64,000 bases of DNA from Blastocatellia bacterium (GCA_035258805.1 DATFWY010000037.1:350-64349), one strand, 5' to 3'; shown: positions 39,140-51,212, counted from the stretch's first letter. Translations and numbers: made by a program. The notes: generated by a model from the letters alone, not told the origin.

Positions 39140-39240
39140 AATCTCCTCCAGTATCGATCAATGGGGTTCCGCGGATACATCCTCGTACGGGCGGCCTCCT
39201 CCAATACAGGACCTAGCCGCCCATACAGGGCATGCCGCAA

Positions 39241-40140
39241 CTATTTCTTAGGATCGTTGGCGTTGATAAACTTGACCAGGCTATCCAAATACTCCTTTGG
39301 TATATAACCGGCCATGATCGCCGTCAGGTGCGACTTGCCCGGAAGCACCACGTTTGTGAAGTTTTTTACTTCTCGCGACAGACGAGTAGTTTTGGCATTC
39401 GGCCGATCGAATTCACCGTTGATCGCAAGCATAGGTATATTCAGCTTCGTCAAATCGAGCTGCGGTCCGGTCCGCGTTGGTGTTGGGGCTGCGGGCGCTG
39501 CGGCTGCGGGCGCTGCCGCTGCTGCAGGTCGCGCCGGCGGATTCGCAGCCTGCTTCTCGGCTTCTTCCTTGCTCATGCCAAGGTCCATCGCCCGATGGAT
39601 TCTAAGCGTTCGAGAAGCTTCATCTTCCTGAGGATCGCGACCTTGTTTGTCGGCTGGCACTTTCGCTCTCATTTCGGGATCTGATTCCGGTATACCCGAA
39701 CCGCCAAACGCAGCCGTGATGAAACGATCAGGAATCATCGAAAGAAGCTGCGCGGTGATTCCTCCACCCATTGAATATCCGTGGATGTGCGCCTTCTTTA
39801 TCTTGAGATGATCCATAAGCTCGATTACGTCCTGTGCTTTCCCGGGACCATTGGCAACAGGCTTATCGCTCTTGCCATGATTTCTGCAATCGAGAGCAAC
39901 AACCATGTGGTTCTTTGCCAGGGCCTGCGCAATACCGTTGGAGAACCAGTTGCCCCAAGCCGTTCCCGTGTAGCCGTGAATCAGGACAACAGGCGTGCCC
40001 TTGCCCAGGACGTAGTAATGAATCTTCACGCCATCTGAGGCGGTCATGTAATCCTCAGTCGGTTTCGCATCGGCAGCAAAGATGGCGATTGACGTAAGGA
40101 GGGTACACAAGCAAAGGCTCAATAATGTTCCTCGGGTCAT
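39241..40140 (-). CDS. Secreted alpha/beta hydrolase with Ala/Pro-rich insertion
   Basis: 299 aa. Signal peptide. HGYTGTAWGNWF, GYSMGG nucleophile elbow. Insertion ARPAAAAAPAAAAPAAPTPTRTG. Confidence 0.8.
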   Translation of the reverse strand: MTRGTLLSLCLCTLLTSIAIFAADAKPTEDYMTASDGVKIHYYVLGKGTPVVLIHGYTGTAWGNWFSNGIAQALAKNHMVVALDCRNHGKSDKPVANGPGKAQDVIELMDHLKIKKAHIHGYSMGGGITAQLLSMIPDRFITAAFGGSGIPESDPEMRAKVPADKQGRDPQEDEASRTLRIHRAMDLGMSKEEAEKQAANPPARPAAAAAPAAAAPAAPTPTRTGPQLDLTKLNIPMLAINGEFDRPNAKTTRLSREVKNFTNVVLPGKSHLTAIMAGYIPKEYLDSLVKFINANDPKK

Positions 40141-40351
40141 CGGTTTCTCCTCCAGAAAAGAGATTAGGCGCTTTAGGAGAGTCTGCGAAACTCTGCGTGC
40201 TCAGCGACTCTGCGGTGAAGCCTCAGCACGTCTAAGCACCACCGCAGAGACGCGGAGTTCGCTGAGCTTGCGCAGACACTTAGCCATCAGTCTTACAAAC
40301 TCCCGCCTGAAGGCGGTACTACGAGCAGCTCGGCTTTTAGAGATCAATCCT

Positions 40352-42589
40352 TCACGCCAACTGCTTTTTGATTGGCAGGTCGCGAATACGCTTTCCGGTA
40401 GCCGCGAATATCGCATTACAAATTGCCGGCGCCATCGGCGGAACACCGGGCTCGCCCACTCCGGCCGGAGGCGCCTCGCTCTGCACGATATGTACACGTG
40501 TCTCCACCGGCGCTTCGTCGATTCGAGCGACTTTGTAATTGTGAAAGTTCGACTGCTGCACCGCGCCGGCCGCTGCGGTTATCTCATTCATCAATGCGAT
40601 GCCGGCGCCGAACACAGAGGCACCTTCGAACTGTGCCCTCACTCGATCCGGGCTGATCACTCGACCAGCGTCCAAGGCAATGTCTACTCGCGGAATACGG
40701 ACCTTGCCTTTGTCGTCCACTTCGACCTGAACGACTGCCGCAACATAGGTCAGGAAGCTCCAGTGCGCGGCGATCCCGAAGCCTTTGCCTTTTGAAGACT
40801 TGTTCTTCGCCCAGCCAGAGCGTTCGGCTGCAAGTTCTATAACGTTTCGAAGCCTGCCGGTCTCCAATGGATACTTTGCCGCAAGCGGGCTGCGGCTTCC
40901 GAGGTCGATCTTGCGCGGCTGGCCCAACACATCGAGCAGATACTCAACCGAATCGCGCTTTGCCAGATTCGCGAGCTCATCGACGAACGAATGAATCGCA
41001 AATGCGTGCTGAATATTGGCCACCGAGCGCAACCAACCGAGTCGAATGTGATGCTGCGCGGGACCGTTTTCTGCCCGATGGTTCGGGATATCGAACGGCA
41101 GGTTCGTCCAGCCCATACCGAGCTCGCCGCCGCTTGCAGCAGACGCCGTGGCGCTGAAAGTCGACATCATTGAAGGGAACGCGCAGCGTTGCAGCCAAGC
41201 CGTCGGCTTGCCCTTCTCATCCACCGCCGCTTTGATATACATCGCCGAGACGGTGTGGTAATAGTCGAAGCGAATGTCGTCTTCGCGGCTCCAGGACACT
41301 TTGACGGGCTTGCCTACTGCTTTGGACAAGAGAGCGGCTTCCGCAACGTAGTCAGGCTTCGATTTTCTCCCGAATCCCCCGCCCAGTAGCGTCACGTGAC
41401 ACTCGACATCCTTCTTATTAATACCAAGCGCCGCGGCGACGGTGTCTTGCACCGCCTGCGGGTTCTGGGTCGCCGCCCACACCACAGCCTTTCCATCTTT
41501 GACTTCTGCTACGGCGGCCGGTGGTTCCATAGGAGCGTGCGAGAGGTGGGGAACATAGTACTCGGCTTCGTGAGTTTTGCCGCCTTTGGCAAACTCAGCG
41601 TCCACATCGCCGATGTTGCGTGCAACCTTTTGTGGCTTGCGCACAGTCTCGAGCAGCGACTTTTTGTATTCCGCCGATTCGTAGCTCGCGTGTTCACTTG
41701 ACTCCCATTCGACCTTAAGCGCTTCGCGGCCTTTCATTGCCGACCAGGTATTGTTGGCGATCACCGCGACTCCGCCAAGAGCTTGAAACGCGTGTGGTGG
41801 CTTGAATCCGGGTATGACAACGGTTTGTTGGACTCCAGGTACTTTCTTAGCTTCCTGGTCATCGAAGGTCTTGAGTTTTCCACCCAGGACCGGTGATCGC
41901 TCGATCGATGCGTAAACCATACCAGGCATACGCGCGTCGATGCCGAACGTGCCTCGTCCTGCGCTGATATCATCACGGTCGACGGTCGGAAAATCCTTCC
42001 CGATATAGCGGTATTCGGAGGCTTGTTTGTATTTGAGCTCTTCTTTTTTCGGCACAGCCTGTTGCGCCGCTAGCGAAGCGAGTTCACCGTAACCGAGTTT
42101 CCGTTTGCTGGAAGCGTGAACAACTTCATGATTTTTCGCTTTACATTCTTCCGCGGGCACTCCCCACTTCGCCGCTGCGGCACGCTCCAGCATTAGACGC
42201 GCTGTAGCGCCCGCTTCCCGCATGGCGTCGCCGAAATCGCGGATCGAACACGAACCATCAGTGTTCTGCGAGCCGTATTTCACATCGCCAAGGGCTTGCC
42301 CAACTTTGACTTTCGACCAATCGGCATCCAGTTCGTCGGCTACGATCATTGGCAATCCGGTGCGAATCCCAGTGCCCATCTCCGACCGGTGTGCAACTAC
42401 GATCACCGTGCCGTCGGTATCAATTCCAAGATAGACGCTGGGGTGCAAGGCGGCTCCGTCGGCCCCGCTCGCGGATTCCGTTGCCGCCAGGGCATCGAGT
42501 GGCAGCAAACGTGCTCCAAGTACTAATGCACCGGCAGAAAAGACCCCACCTAAAAATGTGCGACGAGTAACCAGTTCGACTCGATTCAT
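40352..42589 (-). CDS. Molybdopterin-binding subunit of a xanthine-dehydrogenase-family aldehyde/isoquinoline oxidoreductase (IorB-like), Tat-exported
   Basis: Start chosen at the ATG overlapping (ATGA) the stop of the upstream 2Fe-2S gene. Twin-arginine signal TRRTFLGG. MoCo-binding large-subunit domains. The track ORF extends 19 codons further. Confidence 0.85.
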   Translation of the reverse strand: MNRVELVTRRTFLGGVFSAGALVLGARLLPLDALAATESASGADGAALHPSVYLGIDTDGTVIVVAHRSEMGTGIRTGLPMIVADELDADWSKVKVGQALGDVKYGSQNTDGSCSIRDFGDAMREAGATARLMLERAAAAKWGVPAEECKAKNHEVVHASSKRKLGYGELASLAAQQAVPKKEELKYKQASEYRYIGKDFPTVDRDDISAGRGTFGIDARMPGMVYASIERSPVLGGKLKTFDDQEAKKVPGVQQTVVIPGFKPPHAFQALGGVAVIANNTWSAMKGREALKVEWESSEHASYESAEYKKSLLETVRKPQKVARNIGDVDAEFAKGGKTHEAEYYVPHLSHAPMEPPAAVAEVKDGKAVVWAATQNPQAVQDTVAAALGINKKDVECHVTLLGGGFGRKSKPDYVAEAALLSKAVGKPVKVSWSREDDIRFDYYHTVSAMYIKAAVDEKGKPTAWLQRCAFPSMMSTFSATASAASGGELGMGWTNLPFDIPNHRAENGPAQHHIRLGWLRSVANIQHAFAIHSFVDELANLAKRDSVEYLLDVLGQPRKIDLGSRSPLAAKYPLETGRLRNVIELAAERSGWAKNKSSKGKGFGIAAHWSFLTYVAAVVQVEVDDKGKVRIPRVDIALDAGRVISPDRVRAQFEGASVFGAGIALMNEITAAAGAVQQSNFHNYKVARIDEAPVETRVHIVQSEAPPAGVGEPGVPPMAPAICNAIFAATGKRIRDLPIKKQLA

Positions 42590-43047
42590 CGGTTCACCTC
42601 CGCTGCCTGCTTGATTGCCTGACGAATACGCTGGTAGGTCCCACACCGGCAGATGTTGCCGCGCATTGCATTGTCAATATCTGCGTCAGTCGGCTTCGGT
42701 TTCTGCTTGAGCAACGCAGCCGCAGCCATGATTTGTCCGGATTGACAATAACCGCATTGCGGCACGTTGTTCTGACGCCAACAGACCTGTACCGGATGTT
42801 CGGCTTTGGCGTTGAGTCCTTCGATGGTAACAACGTTCTTGCCAACAGCGTTCTTCACGCTGGTCTGGCAACTTCGGACTGCTGCACCGTTCAGGTGCAC
42901 AGTACAGGCTCCGCACAGACCCATTCCACAGCCGAACTTGGTCCCGGTGAGCTCAAGATTGTCACGTAAGACCCACAGCAGCGGCATATCCGGATGGACA
43001 TCTACCGTCCGTTCTTTTCCGTTGACGTTGATTGTCATTGCAGGCAT
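42586..43047 (-). CDS. (2Fe-2S)-binding small subunit of molybdo-oxidoreductase (IorA/CoxS-like)
   Basis: Start at [11 protein letters not shown] (AGGAGGA RBS). First cluster [11 protein letters not shown], second CGYCQSG...CRCGTY. Confidence 0.88.
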   Translation of the reverse strand: MPAMTINVNGKERTVDVHPDMPLLWVLRDNLELTGTKFGCGMGLCGACTVHLNGAAVRSCQTSVKNAVGKNVVTIEGLNAKAEHPVQVCWRQNNVPQCGYCQSGQIMAAAALLKQKPKPTDADIDNAMRGNICRCGTYQRIRQAIKQAAEVNR

Positions 43048-43085
43048 CGAAATCCTCCTAATAACATTTATAGAAAAGCGAGAAA

Positions 43086-45005
43086 TCAAGGTAAAGCGAG
43101 TGCCGTCAATCGGCCATCAAATGTAGCGACAACTACATACTGTTTGCCTCCAGCCAAATAGGTCATCGGAGTTCCGTGAGGCATTGCCGCAAGGCTGATC
43201 TCAGCGATCACCTTCCCGTTGGCCTTGTCAAACGCGCGCAATACGTTTCCGCCGCCACCGGTTCCGCCGCCGCGTCCCGCAACGCCTTGTCCAACAAAGA
43301 GAAGCGTCCTGGTCAGCAGCGGTCCGCCGCCACCGGCGCCAAGCGGGCCGACATCTTTACCGTTTCCAATTATCTCATTCACTTTTTGCCGCGGACCATC
43401 CCCATGAGGAACCTGCCACACATGTTCACCTTTGTTCAGGTCGATTGCGGTGATCCGCCCGAACGGTGGTTTGAACAGCGGCAGACCTCGCGGTCCCGCA
43501 GCGCTTCCTCCCGGCATGCGAGAATACTGGAAATTGGATCGGTTGGGGTCCGGCTTGCCTAGTTTGACAACAATCGGACCGGTGCTTGATGGAATGTAAA
43601 ATATTCCGGTCTCCGGATCGAAAGCTGCGCCCCACCAGTTTGCGCCGCCTCCCCATCCCGGAAGATTGATCGTCCCTCTCTCAGTTGGTGGAGTAAAAAT
43701 CGGACCGTGATCATACTGGTTGAGGATCGCGAGCGCTTCCTTCCGAAGCTCGGGTGTAAAGTCGATGAGGTTGTCTTCGGTAGCCCCCTGAATCTCGTAC
43801 GGTGCCGGCTTCGTCGGAACCGGCTGAGTGGGCGATAGTTTCTCTCCCGGTATTGTCGATTGAGCAACCGGACGCTCCTCGATCGGCCACACGGGCTTCC
43901 CGTTCACACGGTCAAATACAAAGCAGTACCCGGTCTTGGTTATCTGTGCGACTGCTCTGATTTGTCTGCCGTTCACCTTGATGTTACAAAGCACCGGCGC
44001 GGCTGGAAGGTCGTAGTCCCAAACTCCATGATGCACTGTCTGATAATGCCAAACACGCTTGCCGGTCTTGGCTTCCAGACAAATCAGAGTCTCAGCGAAG
44101 AGGTTGTTACCAAGCCGGTGTCCCCCGTACCAATCATTTGTTGGAGTCCCGGTTGGAATGTAAAGATAGCCCAACTCTTCGTCGGCGCTCATTAACGTCC
44201 AGCTGTTTGTATTGCCCGTGTACTTCCAGGATTCGTTTTCCCAGGTTTCGTTGCCGTACTCTCCAGCCTGCGGAACGGTGTGAAATATCCATGCCGGTTT
44301 GCCGGTTCGCACGTCGAAAGCCTGGATATCCCCGCGTGGCATTTCCTTCTTGACGGGGCCATCGTTGATTGAACAACCGACAACCACCACATCGCGGCAG
44401 ATCATCGGAGGAGATGAGACAGCGTAATTCCGCGCATTGATGGCAAGTGGAATTGCTTTAGTGAGATTGATCCTGCCATTCTCGCCAAAATCTGAGACCG
44501 CTTTTCCGGTCTTAGCGTCGATGGCGATAAGGTATGCGTCGCAGGTTCCAATGAATATGCGTTCGATTTTGCCGTCGGTCCAGTAAGCTACGCCGCGGTG
44601 CAAGAAGCCCAGATTGGTCGGCTGTCCTGTCTCGTAGCTCTTCGGATCGTAGACCCAGATAGTTTTCCCGGTGATCGCGTCAATCGCCGCAACCTGGCTC
44701 AAGGATGTGCTGATGTAAAGCACACCTCCGATCATAATCGGGGTAGCTTCATGTCCTAGCGTGTAAAGCTTGGAGTTCTGCTCGAGTATTTTGAGGTCCG
44801 GCGAATCCCAGGTCCACGCTACTTTCAGTTTGTTAACGTTTTCGCGGTTGATCTGATCGAGCGGGGAGTACTTCGTGCTGGCTTGATTGCCGCCATAGAA
44901 ACGCCATTCGCCCTTTTGGGTGCCATTGCTTGCCCCGAGTGATGAGACAACTAAGCTGATAAAGAGTAGACACAACATCACACGCGAGAGCCCAAATACG
45001 CGCAT
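43086..45005 (-). CDS. Periplasmic PQQ-dependent dehydrogenase (8-bladed beta-propeller quinoprotein, glucose/polyol-dehydrogenase-like; no vicinal Cys-Cys)
   Basis: 639 aa. Signal peptide. Repeated W-motifs (KVAWTWD, GKTIWVY, GKPAWIF, GKRVWHY, GKPVWPI, GEHVWQV). Gly-rich C-terminal blades. Stop overlaps the downstream 2Fe-2S gene region. Confidence 0.8.
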   Translation of the reverse strand: MRVFGLSRVMLCLLFISLVVSSLGASNGTQKGEWRFYGGNQASTKYSPLDQINRENVNKLKVAWTWDSPDLKILEQNSKLYTLGHEATPIMIGGVLYISTSLSQVAAIDAITGKTIWVYDPKSYETGQPTNLGFLHRGVAYWTDGKIERIFIGTCDAYLIAIDAKTGKAVSDFGENGRINLTKAIPLAINARNYAVSSPPMICRDVVVVGCSINDGPVKKEMPRGDIQAFDVRTGKPAWIFHTVPQAGEYGNETWENESWKYTGNTNSWTLMSADEELGYLYIPTGTPTNDWYGGHRLGNNLFAETLICLEAKTGKRVWHYQTVHHGVWDYDLPAAPVLCNIKVNGRQIRAVAQITKTGYCFVFDRVNGKPVWPIEERPVAQSTIPGEKLSPTQPVPTKPAPYEIQGATEDNLIDFTPELRKEALAILNQYDHGPIFTPPTERGTINLPGWGGGANWWGAAFDPETGIFYIPSSTGPIVVKLGKPDPNRSNFQYSRMPGGSAAGPRGLPLFKPPFGRITAIDLNKGEHVWQVPHGDGPRQKVNEIIGNGKDVGPLGAGGGGPLLTRTLLFVGQGVAGRGGGTGGGGNVLRAFDKANGKVIAEISLAAMPHGTPMTYLAGGKQYVVVATFDGRLTALALP

Positions 45006-45117
45006 TTTTGTTCCTCCGTTTACCTGGGTCTATTATCGAGCAGAATCACGAAAACAGCCCAGTTTCTCACACTCGGCTCGGAAGGGCCAAGTTACAGGCA
45101 GGTTGTGGTCTTCAACA

Positions 45118-46800
45118 TCAACCGGCGATACCCCGCGCCGGAGGCATCGACTCCCAAAATTTCCTTATTTCTCCGCGAGGATCATTCTCCACGCGCGTGT
45201 CGGTATCAAACACCATCGTAGCGCGTGTTGTCGCATCATAAGCGGGCCATTTCGGTATCATCGGGTTGTTAGGATCACCAGTCTTTGCAAACGCCACCCA
45301 AGCCGAGGCTAACCGATCGCACATAACCTTGCCGATGGTATTACCCACACCCACAATGTTGTCGCGAATGTTGTGGAATGATGCAGAAACATCGGTCCCA
45401 TGAACCGCCCCAAACTTACCGGCGTGACCAGGACTCACCCAGGACCAGAGATACATATATGCCGGAGCTTTCCCTAATGCCGCTTTGCGTTCCGCCTGAG
45501 TAATAGCCGACCGCCGGAATCCTGAGTCAGTGAATATCTGCGCCTGGATCAAGAAAGGTGACTTCTGCGGGTAGCGCTGTTTGTAGAGCGCTAGGATCGC
45601 ATCAGCCTTGTCGGCGTACCGCTGACTTAATACCGATTTCAACCCAGCTTCATCCACGTTGAAATTCGTTAGGCTCAGCGCGGCGTCTTCAAGGGTAGTT
45701 GAGATAATCATCGGAACATCAGCGGACTCGGGCGGTGCAACCGGCTCAAACTGATGATGCGGAAGAACGGTGCCGTCCATAACCGGAGAGAAGCCGGTGA
45801 TTCCAGTCTGCGCTTCGAGCAATTGTTGCCACGAGATCTTTTGGATGTCCGCAATTCGGGTCTTAGGTATCTCGAGCTTTGCGAGCAGTTGTTCTGCGGT
45901 CTTTGTTGCCGCTTCACGAGTCGTGAGTCTTAAAGAGGAACCGCTCTGCACCGCGGCTCGGTGAAAGAGGCCTTTAGCAGAAGGCGTAGCAAGTACTGTT
46001 GAAGTCTTCGCTCCGCCACCTGACTGGCCAAAGATCATTACGCGGCTCGGATCGCCTCCAAAGTTTGCAATGTTGTCGTGAACCCACTGGAGCGATGCTA
46101 CAAGATCCATGATCCCGGTAACACCCGCGTAAGCGAACTCTGGTGGCGCGCCGAGATCCGCAAGGTGTGTATATCCGTAGCTTGCGAGGCGATGGTTCAC
46201 AGTAACGACCACCACATCCCCGAAGAGCGCCAGTTGAGCACCGTCAAATCCTGGGGCGTTGCCCGAGCCGGTGGTGTATCCGCCGCCGTGAAACGATACG
46301 AGCACCGCCCTCTTGGCGTTGTCGTTTACTCCTGGTGTCCATACATTGAGCACCAGGCAGTCCTCACCCATACCGCCGGAATGCTGGTCCCATTGAATCA
46401 TCATTCCGTATTCGGATTTCAAGTTGGAAAGGGTTTGGGGACAGCATTGCCCGTGAGCAAAGCATTCGCGGACGCCGGTCCAAGACGCCGGTTTCTTTGG
46501 CGGCATAAATCGATTCTTGCCGCCGGTTGGCGCGCCATAAGGAATGCCTTTGAATTCCTTTATTCCGGCTGTGGCAATCCCCTGGACCTTTCCATAAGTC
46601 GTCTCCACCACGTGAAAGAGCTGGTTACTTGCGGTGGTTTGGCCCGCGGGACTCGACGGAGCAGAAGCTTGAGCGAATGCGCTTTTGGCGAGTGACGGAC
46701 CGGCCCCGACGGCCGCGACCGCAAAAGATAATCCCTTTAGAAATCCCCGCCGCGTGGAAGTGCCAACTTGCGACTTAGGAATTAGATGATTGTTTTTCAT
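45118..46800 (-). CDS. Tat-exported carboxylesterase, type B family
   Basis: 560 aa. RRGFLKG twin-arginine signal. EDCLVLNVW, GQSGGG nucleophile motif. Confidence 0.9.
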   Translation of the reverse strand: MKNNHLIPKSQVGTSTRRGFLKGLSFAVAAVGAGPSLAKSAFAQASAPSSPAGQTTASNQLFHVVETTYGKVQGIATAGIKEFKGIPYGAPTGGKNRFMPPKKPASWTGVRECFAHGQCCPQTLSNLKSEYGMMIQWDQHSGGMGEDCLVLNVWTPGVNDNAKRAVLVSFHGGGYTTGSGNAPGFDGAQLALFGDVVVVTVNHRLASYGYTHLADLGAPPEFAYAGVTGIMDLVASLQWVHDNIANFGGDPSRVMIFGQSGGGAKTSTVLATPSAKGLFHRAAVQSGSSLRLTTREAATKTAEQLLAKLEIPKTRIADIQKISWQQLLEAQTGITGFSPVMDGTVLPHHQFEPVAPPESADVPMIISTTLEDAALSLTNFNVDEAGLKSVLSQRYADKADAILALYKQRYPQKSPFLIQAQIFTDSGFRRSAITQAERKAALGKAPAYMYLWSWVSPGHAGKFGAVHGTDVSASFHNIRDNIVGVGNTIGKVMCDRLASAWVAFAKTGDPNNPMIPKWPAYDATTRATMVFDTDTRVENDPRGEIRKFWESMPPARGIAG

Positions 46801-46966
46801 TTCTCACTCCTTCGAACACGCTGAGACGACTAACACCGTTTTTGAGGTCAAGACTCTTTGCGAGCTCTGCAGCTTGGCGTCTTTGCGTGAACCTGACATT
46901 AACAGTGGAACACTCGGGTTCACGCAAAGCCGCTAAGCCGCAGAGCTCGCAATTGACCTTTAGAAA

Positions 46967-48160
46967 CTACCTTTTCTTTTTAGCCAGATACGCCTTCGAT
47001 TGTGCTCTAACAACATCCAACAGGTTACCCATCGCGAGATTCACATCGATCAGGTGCAATCCCCAATCCGCCTGAACCTGACTGCCGGTGACCACATCTC
47101 CAACGATGTCATCCGTGCGAGGATCCGCTGGATTGCCGTGAACCGTGACCTCCAGATACGAACCCTTCTCGTTCGAGACGCATTCAGCAGTAAGCAACCC
47201 AGGTACGCTTACAAATGGAGTTGTAATCGGCTGAGGCGGTGTTACCCAGGGCCTCGGCTCAGCCGCCGATCCATTTCCGCGTCCGGCGGCACTCAAGTAA
47301 GAATGCAGCGCGCCTCTGCCGCCACCGAGAGCCGCTGGATTCGCGCAAGCTGCAGCCATTCCTTCCTCTCGTACGCGGCCAAACCTGGAATTAGCCGGAG
47401 GAGGTACCGTCGAACGAAAGGAGGCATAAGCAATCACACATCCGGTTTGTGAAGCCGAGCGACACACCGGGATCTGCTTGAACGCTCCCCCGACGTCCTT
47501 TCCCTTCGGCACCGGAAGACTTGTTCCCAGCAGCAAAGCAGAGATGAGCCGCTCTTGAACCAGTTTTCCGTCGATCTCATTCTTGATCAACTGAGTCAAC
47601 ACTCCGGATCCCTGCGAATGCCCTATCAACACAACCCCTCGACCTTGATTGTCGTGCTCCAGGTAATATTTCCAAGCATCGACGACGTCGCTATATCCGA
47701 GAACTCGGTCAACGGCCATCGGCTTACCTGCAATCCCAGCGCGCAATGCAGTCAATGTCACCTGCCGGTATAGCGGAGCAAACACTCTACATTCCGAACC
47801 GAACCGCGCGAATTGAGCTCGTATCACCGACAACTCTTCGGGCCCGGCATTCATGTCACTGTTAGGCGTCGGGTCATTGGAAACGGTTGGATAAACATAG
47901 AAGCAGTCGATTGCGGCCTTGGGGTTCGCAGACCATTTCTCAACCGATAACTTGCCATCCGCTGTAACAACCGTGGTCGAGAGATCTACTGCACAAGCAT
48001 CCTGACGGCCGGGCCGGCACAGCCAGGTTTTTCCATCGCTGTAATCATTCCTTGTAGCCGCAGGTGCCGCGCTCGTTTGATTTGGTGTCTGAGCGGTTGC
48101 GGTCTCACAAAACGTAAAACCAACGAACAACGTCAGCGCGAGAATGATTCTTCGGTGCAT
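46967..48160 (-). CDS. Secreted alpha/beta hydrolase, lipase-like (GHSQG motif, DUF3089-like)
   Basis: Start chosen at MHRRIILALTLFVGF (AGGAGG RBS 8 nt upstream). VVLIGHSQGSGVL nucleophile elbow. The track ORF extends to 48211. Confidence 0.6.
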   Translation of the reverse strand: MHRRIILALTLFVGFTFCETATAQTPNQTSAAPAATRNDYSDGKTWLCRPGRQDACAVDLSTTVVTADGKLSVEKWSANPKAAIDCFYVYPTVSNDPTPNSDMNAGPEELSVIRAQFARFGSECRVFAPLYRQVTLTALRAGIAGKPMAVDRVLGYSDVVDAWKYYLEHDNQGRGVVLIGHSQGSGVLTQLIKNEIDGKLVQERLISALLLGTSLPVPKGKDVGGAFKQIPVCRSASQTGCVIAYASFRSTVPPPANSRFGRVREEGMAAACANPAALGGGRGALHSYLSAAGRGNGSAAEPRPWVTPPQPITTPFVSVPGLLTAECVSNEKGSYLEVTVHGNPADPRTDDIVGDVVTGSQVQADWGLHLIDVNLAMGNLLDVVRAQSKAYLAKKKR

Positions 48161-48185
48161 TATCGGTCCTCCTGGAAAGTATGGT

Positions 48186-49304
48186 TCAGTGCATCTGCTG
48201 CATCTTGCCACCTTTTGCCGACAGCATCATCTTGACCAACTCTTCGGTTACCCTCGGCTCGAGCCCTTCGGTGTGACCTTTGTCCAGGCGAACAACATCG
48301 GCCACAACTCTGCCGTCTTTGCAATCGGGATAAGTGTAGACTTGCGCCTTGCCGGCTGCCGGAAGCAATCCCCACCCTGGCCTAAGCTGATTCAATCGAG
48401 AGCTGTCATATACATAGCCGGCTTTTGTATCGACTACATCCTGAGGATTGCTTCTTGCGCCGCAATTGTACTTCTTCGCCCAATCGGAAGTCTCCGGTAG
48501 ACCCTTGTCATCCATCTCGCGGCGTCCTGTTTCGTAGATAAAAGAGAAGTCATTAGTTGGCGGCTCGCGCAATGCTGCCATAGCGGCAGCCATTCCCGGC
48601 GGGGCCCCGGCTGGATTAGCAGCCGGAGCACCTGGGCGAGCGACTCCAGGAGCTGCCGGAGCAGCACCAGCCGGCGCCGCGCCAGGAGGTGGCCCAGTAG
48701 GCGCAAAGGTTGCGCCGCGCCCAGGATTTCCACCAAGGCGCCCTCCGGAAAGACTGAGCCAGCCATCAACCTTGTCTTTAAAGTAATCCGTTCGTATAAG
48801 CCGGTTGGATGTGAGCCCGCCCTGCGAATGTCCCACCAGCCAGAAAGCCTTGATGTTCTCTTTACCGATTTCTTCGGTTACGAAGTCGACGATGTTGTGG
48901 AGGTACTGATCGTCGGCGTCAGACCATACTCTGGTAGGCGAGTTAGGTGTGGCGATCACCAGCCGATATTTATCCTTGTAGTCCATTATTGGAAAATAAT
49001 TTCGCTGCCAATTCCCATAGGAGCCCGCTCCGTGAAGACTGAGAATGAAGGTGACTTTTTCGCCGGGTTTCAGATCACAGGGGTAATCGAGAAAGTAGGT
49101 TCGTCGAGTCTTCATTTCGACAACGTTTCCCTGATTAATCACCATCGGTCCGGTGCATTCGCTGTCTGGACAGTGAAGGTAAGGAGTCGGGGTACAAGTG
49201 GTGTTGGCAAACGTGAAGAATTGCTCCTGAGGTTTGGCGTACCCAGTGAAGGCTACCAAACCGCTGGCTACTATGATGGTGATCAATGTTAGCAGCTTTC
49301 TCAT
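48186..49304 (-). CDS. Secreted alpha/beta hydrolase/esterase (PHB-depolymerase-like) with Ala/Pro-rich insertion
   Basis: 372 aa. Signal peptide. [10 protein letters not shown] nucleophile elbow. Insertion [34 protein letters not shown]. Confidence 0.65.
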   Translation of the reverse strand: MRKLLTLITIIVASGLVAFTGYAKPQEQFFTFANTTCTPTPYLHCPDSECTGPMVINQGNVVEMKTRRTYFLDYPCDLKPGEKVTFILSLHGAGSYGNWQRNYFPIMDYKDKYRLVIATPNSPTRVWSDADDQYLHNIVDFVTEEIGKENIKAFWLVGHSQGGLTSNRLIRTDYFKDKVDGWLSLSGGRLGGNPGRGATFAPTGPPPGAAPAGAAPAAPGVARPGAPAANPAGAPPGMAAAMAALREPPTNDFSFIYETGRREMDDKGLPETSDWAKKYNCGARSNPQDVVDTKAGYVYDSSRLNQLRPGWGLLPAAGKAQVYTYPDCKDGRVVADVVRLDKGHTEGLEPRVTEELVKMMLSAKGGKMQQMH

Positions 49305-49344
49305 TGTTTATTCCTCCGAAAAGTTTGACTCGACTTAGTCGTTG

Positions 49345-51021
49345 TTACTGATTCGTCGGGGCAGGTAACACACCCGGGGTTGCTCCGCGCTTTTCTACAA
49401 TCTGTCGCACTTCACTGGTTGGATCGCTTTCAATACGACACGGTGTATCGAAAATCATAACTTCACGCCTCTCTTTAGTGTAAGCGGGCCAGTTTGGCAA
49501 CCCATTGTGCTTCGGGTTTCCATTTCGAGCCATGGCGGCCCACGCACCTGCGCTGTCAGCTTCCAGCTTGCGCATTCCGCTGTTAATCGGGCCAACCATG
49601 CTCTCGCAGAGATCGATATGATTAAAGACGAATGGAATTTCGAGCGTATGCGGCGCCCGCAATCCCATCACTGGCGTTTCCCACGCGAAAACATACAGAT
49701 ATGTTGGCGCCTTGCCCAGAGCCGAATGTCGTTCTGCGAGACGAATTGAGTTAATCGCGCCGGCGTCTACCGAGATGTTGGTGGAGAGCTCGTACGGCGT
49801 AGCTTTAGGATATTTCTTTCGATAGTTTTCTATAACTCGCTCGGCAGAATCGCCGAGCAACTTTCGCGTTGAATCCAGCAATCCCGCTTCATCGAGCTGT
49901 CCATAACCCGGAGTATCAATCTCGTAGACCGTGCGCTCGGTTCTGGTATAACCAACGATCACCGGTACGTCAGCCCCCAAAGGACTCGCAACCGGATCAA
50001 AAGGATGAGTCGGTAACACGGTACCGTCAACAACAGGGCCGAAGCGTGCCTTGTTGCCGGCATCCATTAACTTATCAAGCGGCACGCCCTTCAGTTCGCG
50101 TCCCTGGCCTTTGCTTAAGCCCAGTTCCTTCATTAACGTTTCGGCAGTTTTGCTCGCTGCATCACGAGGGCCGCCGCGCAGCGACGCCCCGCTTTCAATA
50201 ATCGCCCTTTGAAAGAGCCCTTTCGCGGCGGGCATCGCCAACATCGTTGAGACCTTCCCGCCTCCGCCCGACTGACCAAAGATCAGCACTTTGTTGGGAT
50301 CGCCCCCAAAGCCGCTGATATTGTCACGGACCCACTGAAGAGCGGCCACGAGATCCAGTTGACCGATGTTCGCGGAGCCTTCGAATCCGGCGCCGCCAAC
50401 ATCTCCTAAAAACAAATAACCGAGAACATTGAGCCGATGATTCACAGTAACGACGACTACATCCTGCTGACGCGCGAGCCCGGCGCCGTCATAGCCAATG
50501 GAACCGCCTGTTCCCTGATCGTACCCGCCGCCATGAAACCACACCATAACCGGCCGCTTTCGTCCGTCATTTACACCGCGGGTCCAGACATTGAGGTAGA
50601 GACAGTCCTCGCTTGCATCATTGGGCTTGGTTGCGCCAAGAACCTTGAAGAACTGTCGCTGCTTTTCGCCCCGCGGCCTATTGGATTGTGGCGCGTAATG
50701 GCCAAACTCAAACGCGTCACGAACGCCTGTCCAGGGTTGAGGCGATTGGGGCGGCATAAAGCGGTTAGCGCCTCCAGTGGGCGCGCCGTAGGGAATTCCT
50801 TTGAATCCGTTCACGCCGTCAACGGATCGACCGCGCACTTTTCCTGTGCGCGTCGTAACCGTCGCGCTGATTCCACTTGTCGAAGAAGCCAAACTGCTTC
50901 TCACAAGATTCGGCACGAATGCGCTCGCAGTGATGCCACCGGCGATTCGAGCAGCAGAAGACAGGAAAACGCGGCGATCAAGGCAGGGTACAGTAGAATC
51001 AGGGGAGCGTTTTGATCTCAT
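49345..51021 (-). CDS. Tat-exported carboxylesterase, type B family
   Basis: 558 aa. [14 protein letters not shown] signal. [15 protein letters not shown]. Confidence 0.9.
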   Translation of the reverse strand: MRSKRSPDSTVPCLDRRVFLSSAARIAGGITASAFVPNLVRSSLASSTSGISATVTTRTGKVRGRSVDGVNGFKGIPYGAPTGGANRFMPPQSPQPWTGVRDAFEFGHYAPQSNRPRGEKQRQFFKVLGATKPNDASEDCLYLNVWTRGVNDGRKRPVMVWFHGGGYDQGTGGSIGYDGAGLARQQDVVVVTVNHRLNVLGYLFLGDVGGAGFEGSANIGQLDLVAALQWVRDNISGFGGDPNKVLIFGQSGGGGKVSTMLAMPAAKGLFQRAIIESGASLRGGPRDAASKTAETLMKELGLSKGQGRELKGVPLDKLMDAGNKARFGPVVDGTVLPTHPFDPVASPLGADVPVIVGYTRTERTVYEIDTPGYGQLDEAGLLDSTRKLLGDSAERVIENYRKKYPKATPYELSTNISVDAGAINSIRLAERHSALGKAPTYLYVFAWETPVMGLRAPHTLEIPFVFNHIDLCESMVGPINSGMRKLEADSAGAWAAMARNGNPKHNGLPNWPAYTKERREVMIFDTPCRIESDPTSEVRQIVEKRGATPGVLPAPTNQ

Positions 51022-51212
51022 TGCCCAACCTCCACTGGAATAGTTTTTGGAATGATAGGGGCTGACCGACCGACCGGACGGTTAGCCGAGGAAGGAGCAT
51101 TCTAACTAACTACGGCAAAGGGTGAAAGTCAAAGTGAGCTGGTTTGAGTATACAGGGAAAAGCTATCAAAGTTGACGCCGAACTTTGCAGGTTGATTTAA
51201 TGCGCGGTTGAG

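Noticed and set aside
40082-40795. 237-aa plus-strand ORF inside the MoCo subunit gene
   Set aside because: Antisense to a gene with strong family features; Arg-rich, GC-skew artefact.
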